Assembly: GCA_001701165.1 (NCBI GenBank)
Contig: DAAP01000044.1
Coordinates: 2,008 to 66,007, forward strand
Direction: 5' to 3'
Length of the DNA stretch: 64,000 nucleotides
DNA from: Bacteroidales bacterium H4
Lineage (GTDB): Bacteria > Bacteroidota > Bacteroidia > Bacteroidales > Muribaculaceae
The notes under the pieces are model-generated. The model was not told the origin of the DNA, did not search any database, and worked only from the letters and a program-made list of their open reading frames with translations. This document shows positions 56,701-64,000 of this stretch, piece by piece (the first letter of the stretch is position 1; each line of letters starts with the position of its first letter). A program made the translations under genes and the position numbers.

Positions 56701-59199
56701 CAATCAGCCACCTACAAGACTCTTGGCTGGGATTTCGCGACAACATGGCAGATTGGCGAAACCGAAATGCCTCAACTTATCGGTCTCGATACAACCGGAG
56801 GAGCCGAACGCCGTGACAATTATATGTATGTAGACAAAATGAGTGCCGCAGCAGGCGAAACCTTTGATATCATCGTCAATCTACATAACGGTGACGCCGT
56901 CAACGGCTTCCAGTTTGATATTCAGCTGCCGACAGGTGTTTCTCTCGTTTATGACGAAGATTTTGAGGAATATGACTATACAAAGGGCACACGTCTGACA
57001 CGCAATCACTCTATATCTTTCCGTAAACAGCCTGACGGTTCGGTACGATTCTTGTGTCTTCCCAAGGACGCCACATACAACCTCCTCGGCGATGACGGAC
57101 AAATCTTGATATTGAAGGCAAAGGCAGATGACAATGCAATAAACGGCTCTTATGCTTTCTTACTCAAGAACTGCTTCCTCTCTCGCGGTGTCGCCGAGAA
57201 TGTTGTACTCAATAAGGTTTCCGGCAACATCTACATTGTCAACGATGTAATATCTATACCGGCTGTTACCGCCATGGCCGGAAGCAAAAGTGATTTGGTC
57301 GTCAATTTGGACAACAAATCGAAAATCAACAGCTTCCAATTTGACATGACCCTTCCTGCCGGCGTGAAAATAGCCGACAACGCTCTCGGCGAACCTGATA
57401 TCCGCTTGGGCGACCGTATCGATAAGTCAAAGTATACATTGACATATAAGGCACAACCTGACGGCTCGATGCGTATCGTGGCCTTTGGCGCCGGAAGTGA
57501 TGCTGTTATTACCGGCAATACAGGCACAGTTCTATACGTCACACTCGCTGTAGACAAACAGACCAAGCCTTTCAACGGACAAGTTTCGTTCCGCAATATT
57601 TATCTTGCAGACAGTGAACTGCGCAGCTTTACGTGTGAGGATATAGACGCACAAATAGAGGTGACACAATTCCGTCGCAAAGGCGATGTCAATAAGGATG
57701 GAACCATTACAGGCGTAGATGCCGTAGGCACTATTAATCTATCCCTAAACAAATCGTTGGACATCCTGGACTTCTGGGCCGCTGATGTCATAGAAGACAA
57801 CATAATTGACTCGCGTGATGTTTCATCAGTTACATCACTCGTCCTCGATGAAAATCTTACGACTTATGCAGCCGCAAAATTCGCAAAAATCCGTAAGGCA
57901 GACGATGTATGGGGCGATTACGAGTACACCAAAGACATCTGCATGTGGGTGAAACCCGTAAACGTTTCGCCGGGTAATACCGCCGATTTTATATTCTATC
58001 TCAACAACACCAAGGAGCATCGTCCCAGCGCTACGCAATGGGCCATTGATTTGCCGGAAGGATTCAGCTTTGAGCTGAACGAAAACCCGGTAGATGCAGA
58101 CGACCTATGGTATGAGAATACGCGCCGTTGCAGCGAGTTCCTGTTTGTCGCACATGTGCAAGGACAAAAAATCGGAATGTTCCACAACGATATGAATGTT
58201 AAGGGCTATAAGCTAACGACAGGCGAAATTATGCGTCTGCATATCGTGGCCGACAAGTCTGTCAAGCCCGGTGTCTATACGGGCTGGTTGCGAGATTATC
58301 AAACCACATGCCCGGTTGACGCTCAGGGATTTCACGCCAGCTTCTATATCGACGATGAGCCCTTCACTATTGTCGTGGGAGACATCGCTAATGTGGAGAA
58401 TTTATCCCTTGCCGGTCGCTTCGATTCTGACGATATGGCTCTTGTGGATGCAGCACTGCACAACAACTCATCACTGCTGACAGTAGATCTGACTGAGAAT
58501 AGGGCAATCCCCGAAGGCACTTCAATCGAAGGACTTAACCCCAATACAATTGTTTATGCCAACGCCGCTACAACAATTGAGAAGTCCGACAATTTGGTCG
58601 TTGACGGGATTTGCAAATCGTTAAAACTGGAAGACGGACATCCGTTTGGCGTTACAACAGCGTTTACGGCGACATCTGCTTTATACTCACGGCAGGTCGA
58701 AGCCGGAGCGCACGAATCTCTGTATCTGCCGTTTGCAGCAGACCCGATTGAAGGTGTTACGTACAAACAGATTGCGGGAGTTTCAACGGACAACTTTGTG
58801 CTTGAAGATGCAGTTCAATCAGCCAATACTCCGGTCTTGTTCAATTCGGAATTTGGAGGTGCGCTTAGATTTACCGCAACAAATGTCACTATAGAACCCG
58901 CTACAGAAACAGTACATAACGAGCTTGTCGGCAACTATAGAATTGTCGACACCGATAAGGTTTATTATGGTTATAGTGCCGGTTCATTTGTGAAAACTTT
59001 GCGCTTGATGCCGTTCAGAGCATACACAACAAACGCCGAGCTGGACGGAAAACACGAGACCGTTAATGACTTGCTTTATAATACCGATTCTGATAATGAC
59101 GTAATATACAATCTGCAAGGCATCCGGATGCATACGGATAAAAAGAACCTTACAACCGGGCTGTATATCATTAACGGACAAAAGGTTTATATCAAGTAA
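53782..59199 (+). CDS. Giant T9SS cargo protein: two GLUG-repeat regions, two or three cohesin-like modules, a dockerin module and a T9SS CTD
   Basis: Signal peptide ...MGLFGVPDVSAQ. Many GLUG-type repeats (VGGLIG, VGGIIG, VGGICG, VGGIVG); each region opens with DPY-x-I-x(4)-L. Cohesin-like modules contain FQFDIQLPTGV and FQFDMTLPAGV. Dockerin EF-hand pair: GDVNKDGTITGVDAVGTINL ... ADVIEDNIIDSRDVSSVTSLVL. The CTD ends ...VIYNLQGIRMHTDKKNLTTGLYIINGQKVYIK. Confidence 0.8.
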   Translation: MFRFTSLRYVLLALAVMGLFGVPDVSAQFSGAGAGTKDDPYKIYNPAQLNQVRNYTGKTDVYFTLGADIDLTSWISSNSPEQGWNPIGTDANPFKGTFSGNGHTIKGMSILRGSTDDVGFFGVASGATISNLTIEGSVNGGNNVGILAGYFTGIIENCRAKGSVNGLSDCVGGLIGKSGNSDIKTCRADATVKGTDYVGGLIGYVLAGKTSSNKAIDNCFASGTVDGRSNVGGLIGAMDATVFVQFEPYNSSSDYHQSDYYSTVALYKYSISNCGVKCAVSAQSASTGGLIGKLSGGAYIYRYNGSSVSIYNGNSSSISDCVNLSKCVSVKGCFALAQINAKRDNIGGIIGDCECADIMDSYFNGSIIGGKKVGGICGTNDAVTTVTVKTLDGKTYPNKARPKEITINWTGVSTISRNYSRGTIAGSEYVGGIIGNITSNATVTSNFALNPVLSASVGPVARISPTTTDGFGAIGSLTTNYTLTGAKVSKNGVSQTYSTKLSEGESGGEDMFKLRATYQGLGWDFDKEWAIQETECLPYKSGQCVPPLIQSEPVSGSFIIVGKSMSGGRVFMEYAGQTYSAECKDNTWTVRTDPMKSGESITAWVEADDKLPSYSVMTSVGYPGSGTQEDPYQIYTANDLQNINGHSWYKLMNDIDLNGVKWQPIGRNGATMANLDGGGFTIKNLNVKDSASDFCGLFSTLQDATITNLTLEGCTVDGGSKTAVLAGDMTSCTISNVTIIKANVKGDANVGALAGNAYYCTLQNVQVLESTIGGSSLVGGIVGTADRLDITLSSFNGDVTGSGNVGGICAKANSATKISRSCTSGTVTGTGTDTKAAGIVAESRAYVTDCFTTANISAPGYVGGIVGLNYASVSNCYASGTLSSETLAAGIVAYNDGASATLKNSAAASEKISVSSQSGNAMRVLGGFRNGAPEPVTAENLALEKMIVSINGVAQEVYDDPMNGTATSGDKLRQSATYKTLGWDFATTWQIGETEMPQLIGLDTTGGAERRDNYMYVDKMSAAAGETFDIIVNLHNGDAVNGFQFDIQLPTGVSLVYDEDFEEYDYTKGTRLTRNHSISFRKQPDGSVRFLCLPKDATYNLLGDDGQILILKAKADDNAINGSYAFLLKNCFLSRGVAENVVLNKVSGNIYIVNDVISIPAVTAMAGSKSDLVVNLDNKSKINSFQFDMTLPAGVKIADNALGEPDIRLGDRIDKSKYTLTYKAQPDGSMRIVAFGAGSDAVITGNTGTVLYVTLAVDKQTKPFNGQVSFRNIYLADSELRSFTCEDIDAQIEVTQFRRKGDVNKDGTITGVDAVGTINLSLNKSLDILDFWAADVIEDNIIDSRDVSSVTSLVLDENLTTYAAAKFAKIRKADDVWGDYEYTKDICMWVKPVNVSPGNTADFIFYLNNTKEHRPSATQWAIDLPEGFSFELNENPVDADDLWYENTRRCSEFLFVAHVQGQKIGMFHNDMNVKGYKLTTGEIMRLHIVADKSVKPGVYTGWLRDYQTTCPVDAQGFHASFYIDDEPFTIVVGDIANVENLSLAGRFDSDDMALVDAALHNNSSLLTVDLTENRAIPEGTSIEGLNPNTIVYANAATTIEKSDNLVVDGICKSLKLEDGHPFGVTTAFTATSALYSRQVEAGAHESLYLPFAADPIEGVTYKQIAGVSTDNFVLEDAVQSANTPVLFNSEFGGALRFTATNVTIEPATETVHNELVGNYRIVDTDKVYYGYSAGSFVKTLRLMPFRAYTTNAELDGKHETVNDLLYNTDSDNDVIYNLQGIRMHTDKKNLTTGLYIINGQKVYIK

Positions 59200-59262
59200 A
59201 GACCGCATTCGGATTTCACAGTATTAATCACTGTGGATGAGACTCTTTTAGTGCTAATCTAA

Positions 59263-59296
59263 GCGGCCCGTATCGTAAGGTTCGGGCCGCTTTTTT
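59263..59296 (+). terminator. Rho-independent terminator
   Basis: 8-bp GC stem GCGGCCCG/CGGGCCGC, followed by TTTTTT. Confidence 0.75.
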
Positions 59297-59488
59297 CATT
59301 CGCGATAGTCGCGCAATTTTACGGCGTATAGGTCTTATTTCGCTATTTTACACCGAAGCATCTTGACTGCATGTATGCACATATTCACCAGTCCATTACA
59401 TGTGATTTCACCCTGCAATTTGACCTATAGGCCGGTTTCTAAGAGAAAAAAACTCGATCCTGTATCGCAAAATGATATAGGGTGCGGC

Positions 59489-59496
59489 TACCTTTG
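59489..59496 (+). promoter_or_regulatory. Bacteroidetes-type -7 promoter box (TACCTTTG)
   Basis: Exact TAnnTTTG match, 31 nt upstream of the ATG at 59527. Confidence 0.45.
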
Positions 59497-59526
59497 CGGT
59501 GTAATTCACCAATAAACAAAAAGATT

Positions 59527-59745
59527 ATGGCATTATTCAAAGTAACCACAAAACGCCTCATTCTCAGCGGAGGCAAGCGTCTCGAAGCCGGTATGACGGC
59601 CGAAGTCCCGTTCAATGACTTTACCCTTCCCCTGTACAATTCATCGGTAAAGGAAACAATACGTCATCAATTCGCTATAAAGTATGCCGTAGATTTCCCC
59701 GCTTCTCAGATTAACCTCTCCAACCTGACGGTTGAAAAGATCTGA
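59527..59745 (+). CDS. Small hypothetical protein (72 aa)
   Basis: Begins MALFKVTTKRLILSGGKRLEAGMTAEV. It has its own promoter box and is followed by a terminator hairpin. The start is set at the internal ATG of ORF 59482..59745. Confidence 0.5.
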   Translation: MALFKVTTKRLILSGGKRLEAGMTAEVPFNDFTLPLYNSSVKETIRHQFAIKYAVDFPASQINLSNLTVEKI

Positions 59746-59769
59746 TTGCAGCGCGAAGCACAACACATT

Positions 59770-59808
59770 ATGGCCGTAATTTTTTATCGAAAGTTGCGGC
59801 CATTTTTT
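59770..59808 (+). terminator. Rho-independent terminator
   Basis: Stem ATGGCCGTAA/TTGCGGCCAT with one G-T pair, followed by TTTTT. Confidence 0.65.
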
Positions 59809-59842
59809 AGCCGCGCCTGCTAATTTTCTCGAAATTAAGCGG

Positions 59843-59850
59843 TATCTTTG
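59843..59850 (+). promoter_or_regulatory. Bacteroidetes-type -7 promoter box (TATCTTTG)
   Basis: Exact TAnnTTTG match, about 95 nt upstream of the ATG at 59945. Confidence 0.4.
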
Positions 59851-59944
59851 CAGCCGCCGATGTATAGTACGGACACTCGGATGACAACTGCCTCGAATTA
59901 TTTGACTACAAACAAATCAGCACATACTTTTTACTATTAATGAT

Positions 59945-61249
59945 ATGGGAAGACACTACGCTAATGACAATTGGCTGAATGAAATGGCCAAGACGGACGA
60001 GTACGCCTGCCGCGATCTCGCAACCGAAGTGAACGAGATGACTGACGGGCGGCAGACCTATAATGCCGTCTTCGGATTCTTGCCGGGCGGCACTTCGACC
60101 CGGCCTCGTAACGTCTCGATTGCTTCGTTAATGAGGCTGTACTGCGCCGAACGAAGCGGACACAAGGAGGACGCACGGCGTGAAATAAAACTCCGTTTTC
60201 ATTACCTGGATTATACGATTCAGAAAAAGATTTTGCGGCTGTTTCTGGACGGCTCGAAGCAAGACAGATTATTCTGTTTCAAGCAAATAAGGCATAGTTG
60301 GGATAAAGTGTTCGAGCCGAAACTTATTGAGCTGTGGGAGATGCACTGCGAGCCGGAGTGTGCTAATCTTTTGGTCAAGTACGGCAATATCGACTATGTA
60401 CGCCGGCATCAAGAGGAGTTGGCTAAATCGGCAGGGTATTATCCTACCGGCAAAAGGCTGGCGCTCGAGGACAGAAATTTTGTCATCGAAAAGGAAAAGT
60501 TAGAGGGTCCGGCTATGTATGTCCGGCTGTTGTATGAAACCAAACGCACTATCGGAACGGACGAAGCGACGGACATCTTATGGTGGGCGATTGATCGGTC
60601 GCTGCTGCAAGGCATACGTCACCAATGCAATATTGCGCCGTACTTTCTTGTATACGATGGTCGTTTGGACAGCGATGGATTGCCGCTCGAAACAATTGTG
60701 CCGTCCATTGTATGGGACGACAATGTAATGGAGTGCATGCGCTACCTGTATCACATTGCGCCGAAGGCTGTTGTGGCCGAAGCATTGCGCCGGGACATGG
60801 AAGTGCGCAAATTGTTTTATCGTCTTGTCGGCGGAAAGTGCTACAACAATTCAAGTGACCCGAGTGCGGATAGGCGGCATGATATGCAGATGTTTTGCAA
60901 ATTGGCTTACGCGATGTTTCCCGAAGATAAGCGAAAGTATGCTGCCGAAAACGACTGCCGGACAGATACATCCGGTCCTTCTGCAGCGTCTTGGGATAAT
61001 TGTGGTTGCCACGAAGATGAATCAAGCTTATTGGATTGGAGAGTTTATGCCAACCGTTCGAGCACAAATCTACTTGAGACCATCCGGGAATATCGTCTGA
61101 CCGAAGAAATGACGCCGGAGGAATGGAAAACACTATACATCGAAAAAAATATACCGAATAACTCGGCATTCACGTTACTTTCCAAACGATTAAGCCTCGA
61201 ACCTGACTGCCCAAGCCGGGAGGAGTTTATCGCAAAGTTGCTGAGCTGA
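59945..61249 (+). CDS. Hypothetical cytoplasmic protein (434 aa) with no recognisable family
   Basis: Long uninterrupted ORF with no signal peptide. It is Cys/His/Trp-rich, and I can recognise no motifs. Confidence 0.55.
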   Translation: MGRHYANDNWLNEMAKTDEYACRDLATEVNEMTDGRQTYNAVFGFLPGGTSTRPRNVSIASLMRLYCAERSGHKEDARREIKLRFHYLDYTIQKKILRLFLDGSKQDRLFCFKQIRHSWDKVFEPKLIELWEMHCEPECANLLVKYGNIDYVRRHQEELAKSAGYYPTGKRLALEDRNFVIEKEKLEGPAMYVRLLYETKRTIGTDEATDILWWAIDRSLLQGIRHQCNIAPYFLVYDGRLDSDGLPLETIVPSIVWDDNVMECMRYLYHIAPKAVVAEALRRDMEVRKLFYRLVGGKCYNNSSDPSADRRHDMQMFCKLAYAMFPEDKRKYAAENDCRTDTSGPSAASWDNCGCHEDESSLLDWRVYANRSSTNLLETIREYRLTEEMTPEEWKTLYIEKNIPNNSAFTLLSKRLSLEPDCPSREEFIAKLLS

Positions 61250-61487
61250 TGGTCGTGTTTTAGTCGTGGTGTCTGATGTAAGTTTGTTCAAACTTGTAGA
61301 CCTTGGATAATGGTGCAAAATTAGTCGTTTTCGACATATAGGTCGGATTTTGCTGATTTTGACGGGAAGTTGATTATTAAGCGGCAGTATAATAAGATTA
61401 TAGCATATAGACCGAAAAGTGCGACGTTCCAAGTCGTTTTGATGACGGAACGCCGCATATTTTGGACTAATTGGAGGCAGATGCCGC

Positions 61488-62399
61488 TTAGGGCTCGTTG
61501 TTGCAGGTGATGGTGAGGGTGGTGATTTTGCCGGCGGCGATGATGTCGTTCTCGTTGTAGCCGCTGCGGAAGGCTTCGACAAGGGAGTAGGTCTTGTTGC
61601 CGTTGATGCGGATGTATTCTACATTGGAAAGGTGGACAATCTTTCCCGAGGCGGAGACGTTGGAGAGTTCGTCGGGCACCACGGCTGCCTGCCAGAATGT
61701 GCCTGTGGGGGTCACGTGTTTCTTGGTCCTGATATATCCGTAGCCACCGAAGGGGCGCACATGGAAGCCTCGTTCTTTGGTGATGCGGACGCCGGCCTGT
61801 TTTTTGCTGTCAAATTCGATGGTTTCGACTTTGTCGGCGTATGGGCCGGTGACGTATACGCGCAGGATGCCCAGGCCGTTATGGAAGTTGAAGTCTACCC
61901 GGCCTTGGTTTTTTGCGACGGTCGCGGTGTCCGAGATGAGCAGGTATTTCAGCCCTTTGGTTTGGTCGGTGATGTCGAAGGTGTTGGGGGTGAAAGCGAT
62001 GTATTTGTTAGCTTCGAGGTCACGGTAGGCCATGATGGGCTTATTTATTTGGACTTTCTTCCGGCCGTCCGGCTCTGTCACCAGGGTGATTTCGCCGATT
62101 CCGTCCGGTTTTGCCTGCACGCAATCTGCTGCATCGTCGCTGAGTTCGCGCACGATGAATGTCTCCGTGCCGTCCCATTCGAGCAAGGTTGCCGACAGGT
62201 CGTCGTTTTCGGTCATCCTTGACCCCGGCTTGTTGTTCCAGGGTGTCTCGGTGTAGTCCGCGAGGGTTATGTTGCCGACCTCTAAGGCGTATCGGGGCCG
62301 TTCGTTGGCTGTCGGCTCGTCCGAGGCGCAGGATGCCGCCAATATGCATACCGGCAGCGCCGTCAGAGATAATGCTATGTATCGTATGGTCTTTTTCAT
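61488..62399 (-). CDS. Lipoprotein, last gene of a pilin-like cluster (possible type V pilus accessory or anchor subunit)
   Basis: Lipobox in MKKTIRYIALSLTALPVCILAASCASDEP. It lies 51 nt downstream of a fimbrillin-like gene on the same strand. Confidence 0.5.
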   Translation of the reverse strand: MKKTIRYIALSLTALPVCILAASCASDEPTANERPRYALEVGNITLADYTETPWNNKPGSRMTENDDLSATLLEWDGTETFIVRELSDDAADCVQAKPDGIGEITLVTEPDGRKKVQINKPIMAYRDLEANKYIAFTPNTFDITDQTKGLKYLLISDTATVAKNQGRVDFNFHNGLGILRVYVTGPYADKVETIEFDSKKQAGVRITKERGFHVRPFGGYGYIRTKKHVTPTGTFWQAAVVPDELSNVSASGKIVHLSNVEYIRINGNKTYSLVEAFRSGYNENDIIAAGKITTLTITCNNEP

Positions 62400-62450
62400 C
62401 TGCTTGGTGTTGTGCTTGTTGTCACTGTTTTCTGAGGCTTGACCGCGGCA

Positions 62451-63440
62451 TTAAATCGTGAGCGAATAGTCGTTGCTGTTCTTGGCCCACGGCATAGATG
62501 TTGTCGTAACTTCGACATCATCCTTGCTGCTGCCGTTGATGGTGATATTGAATGTATAGACATATCCGCTCTTAAACTCGAACTCAGAGGCGGTGACAAA
62601 TTTGGATAGGTCGATATTGTGCGTTATTTGCGGACCGACGCCCGGTACGGGACGGTATTCCATCATAATGAACGGCTTGTTGGTGGCCCGTTTTTGTGCA
62701 ACGATTATTGTTTCATACGAATATGCGGCCTCCTCGGTCACCGAACCCCATTTGACGGTGTTTGCCGGATTTAGACCCTTGTGTGGGGGTGTCTTGTCTT
62801 CGGTGTTGTATGACTTGATGAGGTCAAGGGTTATCTTCTTGTCGCTTTTGTTGACGTTGTATTCGGCTGTCTGGTCGATGTCCCGGAGTAGGACGAGCCA
62901 GCAGTTCTGGAACAGGTTCTTGATGTACTGCGTATTGCGGATGTTGACTACGATTTTGACCTGAGTGTGGTAGAAATCGAGTTTACGGCCGTCGCGACCG
63001 ATGTCGTTGGAATAGGCGAGCATGAGGTCGTCGCTGATGGTGGATGAGTGGCAGGTAGTCCACATGATTGTGTCTCCTACGGGATGGTAGCGGTTGGGGA
63101 AGCGCCCTATGACTTCGATTTTACCACCCGGCTTGACTATGAATGGGTTGGAGGATGTGAGCAGCGCGGTGGATGCGTTGTCCAATGTGTCGGAGACGAT
63201 GTATTTGCGTAGTGCGCCGTTGGCCTGTATTGCCACGCCGCCGGTGTCCACTTCCAGCCACGCTGTGCGCGAGCTGATTGTACCTTCGGTGCTTATATTG
63301 AGGCCGCTGGCGATAAACTCGAGTGGTGTGCCGACAGTGTCTTGTGGCTCGATGTCGTCTGACGCGCAGGCCGCGAGTAGCGCAGCCGGCAGTATGCCGC
63401 CGAGTATGGCGTAGATGTATTTCTTGATGCTTTTGTTCAT
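62451..63440 (-). CDS. Fimbrillin-family (type V pilin-like) lipoprotein
   Basis: Lipobox in MNKSIKKYIYAILGGILPAALLAACASDD. The C-terminus ...KSGYVYTFNITINGSSKDDVEVTTTSMPWAKN resembles the G-x-Y-x-Y-x-(I/V)-T-(I/V)...W ending of Mfa-like and fimbrillin proteins. The start is set at 63440. Confidence 0.55.
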   Translation of the reverse strand: MNKSIKKYIYAILGGILPAALLAACASDDIEPQDTVGTPLEFIASGLNISTEGTISSRTAWLEVDTGGVAIQANGALRKYIVSDTLDNASTALLTSSNPFIVKPGGKIEVIGRFPNRYHPVGDTIMWTTCHSSTISDDLMLAYSNDIGRDGRKLDFYHTQVKIVVNIRNTQYIKNLFQNCWLVLLRDIDQTAEYNVNKSDKKITLDLIKSYNTEDKTPPHKGLNPANTVKWGSVTEEAAYSYETIIVAQKRATNKPFIMMEYRPVPGVGPQITHNIDLSKFVTASEFEFKSGYVYTFNITINGSSKDDVEVTTTSMPWAKNSNDYSLTI

Positions 63441-63495
63441 GTCCGTATGTATGTCCGTTGTTGGATGTGTGTGTTGTTCGGTGCGGGCTTGGCTG

Positions 63496-64000
63496 TTATT
63501 GCTCGGCAAAGTACTCGCCGCCGTCATTCCAATCCTTTATAGTTGCGGTGACGCTTAGCTCGGAAGGTTTGATGGTGACGGTGTATGTATAGACGTTGCC
63601 GCGATATAGATAGCCGAACAACGGGCCGTTGCTTTGATATGATTTGCCGTTGATTGTCAGCGTGAGATAGGTGCCGGAAGTCGGTTGTGTGGCTACGATT
63701 GCCGTATAGACTACGGCTTGTTCTGTCTCGTTGTCGATGATTTGTTGTATGGTGTTGTCCTTGAGCGACCAGTCGTTGATGGGTGCCCAGTTGTCAAAGT
63801 TAAACGAATTCCACGTCGTGCTGAAATTGATGCCGTTGTGTACTATGCCGCCCAAGGTACATTCGGCATTGGCTATGTCGTCGAGGGTGATGCCGGTTGC
63901 CGGGTCTGCCTTGATTTTCACGACAATTTTCGACATTTGGTGTTCGAAGACGAGACCGTCGATTTTGCCGCTGCTTATCCAGTCGGCCTGTATTCCTTTT
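63496..64000 (-). CDS. Fimbrillin-family protein, C-terminal part (N-terminus lies beyond the right edge)
   Basis: The reading frame stays open upstream of the ORF-track ATG as far as position 64000. The C-terminus is ...YRGNVYTYTVTIKPSELSVTATIKDWNDGGE. Confidence 0.5.
   Translation of the reverse strand, partial: KGIQADWISSGKIDGLVFEHQMSKIVVKIKADPATGITLDDIANAECTLGGIVHNGINFSTTWNSFNFDNWAPINDWSLKDNTIQQIIDNETEQAVVYTAIVATQPTSGTYLTLTINGKSYQSNGPLFGYLYRGNVYTYTVTIKPSELSVTATIKDWNDGGEYFAEQ

Overview
This 64-kb window looks like a chromosomal segment of a relatively GC-rich Bacteroidales (Bacteroidota) genome. The evidence is TAnnTTTG-type -7 promoter boxes, many lipoproteins, and at least seven proteins ending in a type IX secretion (T9SS) C-terminal sorting domain. 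No rRNA, tRNA, CRISPR array, transposase or integrase was seen.

Housekeeping genes:
- mutS (partial), pdxA, rlmN, tcdA, obg and menA.
- A complete histidine-utilisation operon, ftcD-hutU-hutH-hutI.
- A neuC-neuA-CBS/nucleotidyltransferase nonulosonic-acid gene triad.

Accessory content:
1. The strongest candidate for something new is a clear cobalamin riboswitch (about 10395-10581). It heads a same-strand, tightly packed seven-gene block of about 12.4 kb (10793-22783). The block encodes a BtuB-like TonB-dependent transporter, two surface lipoproteins (one a beta-propeller), and four proteins that carry T9SS sorting domains. Three of those four contain further beta-propeller modules of the same family as the lipoprotein. 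This suggests a corrinoid-capture system whose binding proteins are exported by the T9SS rather than lipid-anchored. That is inference only.
2. An AT-rich type II restriction-modification island (22.9-25.1 kb). Its m5C methyltransferase has an N-terminal HTH, and there is a 16-bp palindrome in the promoter region.
3. Two AT-rich patches, each carrying an AAA/DUF4143-type ATPase. One ATPase gene is bracketed by a perfect 42-bp direct repeat and sits next to an AlbA_2/Schlafen-like ATPase.
4. A signal-anchored, apparently catalytically dead deaminase-fold protein.
5. Two giant T9SS cargo proteins. One (1552 aa) has a TolB-like propeller, a C39-like peptidase and a duplicated Ig-plus-repeat module. 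The other (1805 aa) has GLUG repeats plus cohesin-like and dockerin modules in the same chain.
6. A rod-shaped structured RNA candidate of about 200 nt, with its own promoter box and U-tract (53.44-53.72 kb).
7. An orphan two-gene patch (59.5-61.3 kb), followed by part of a type V pilin-like lipoprotein cluster.

All homology statements come from reading motifs by eye. No database search was run.
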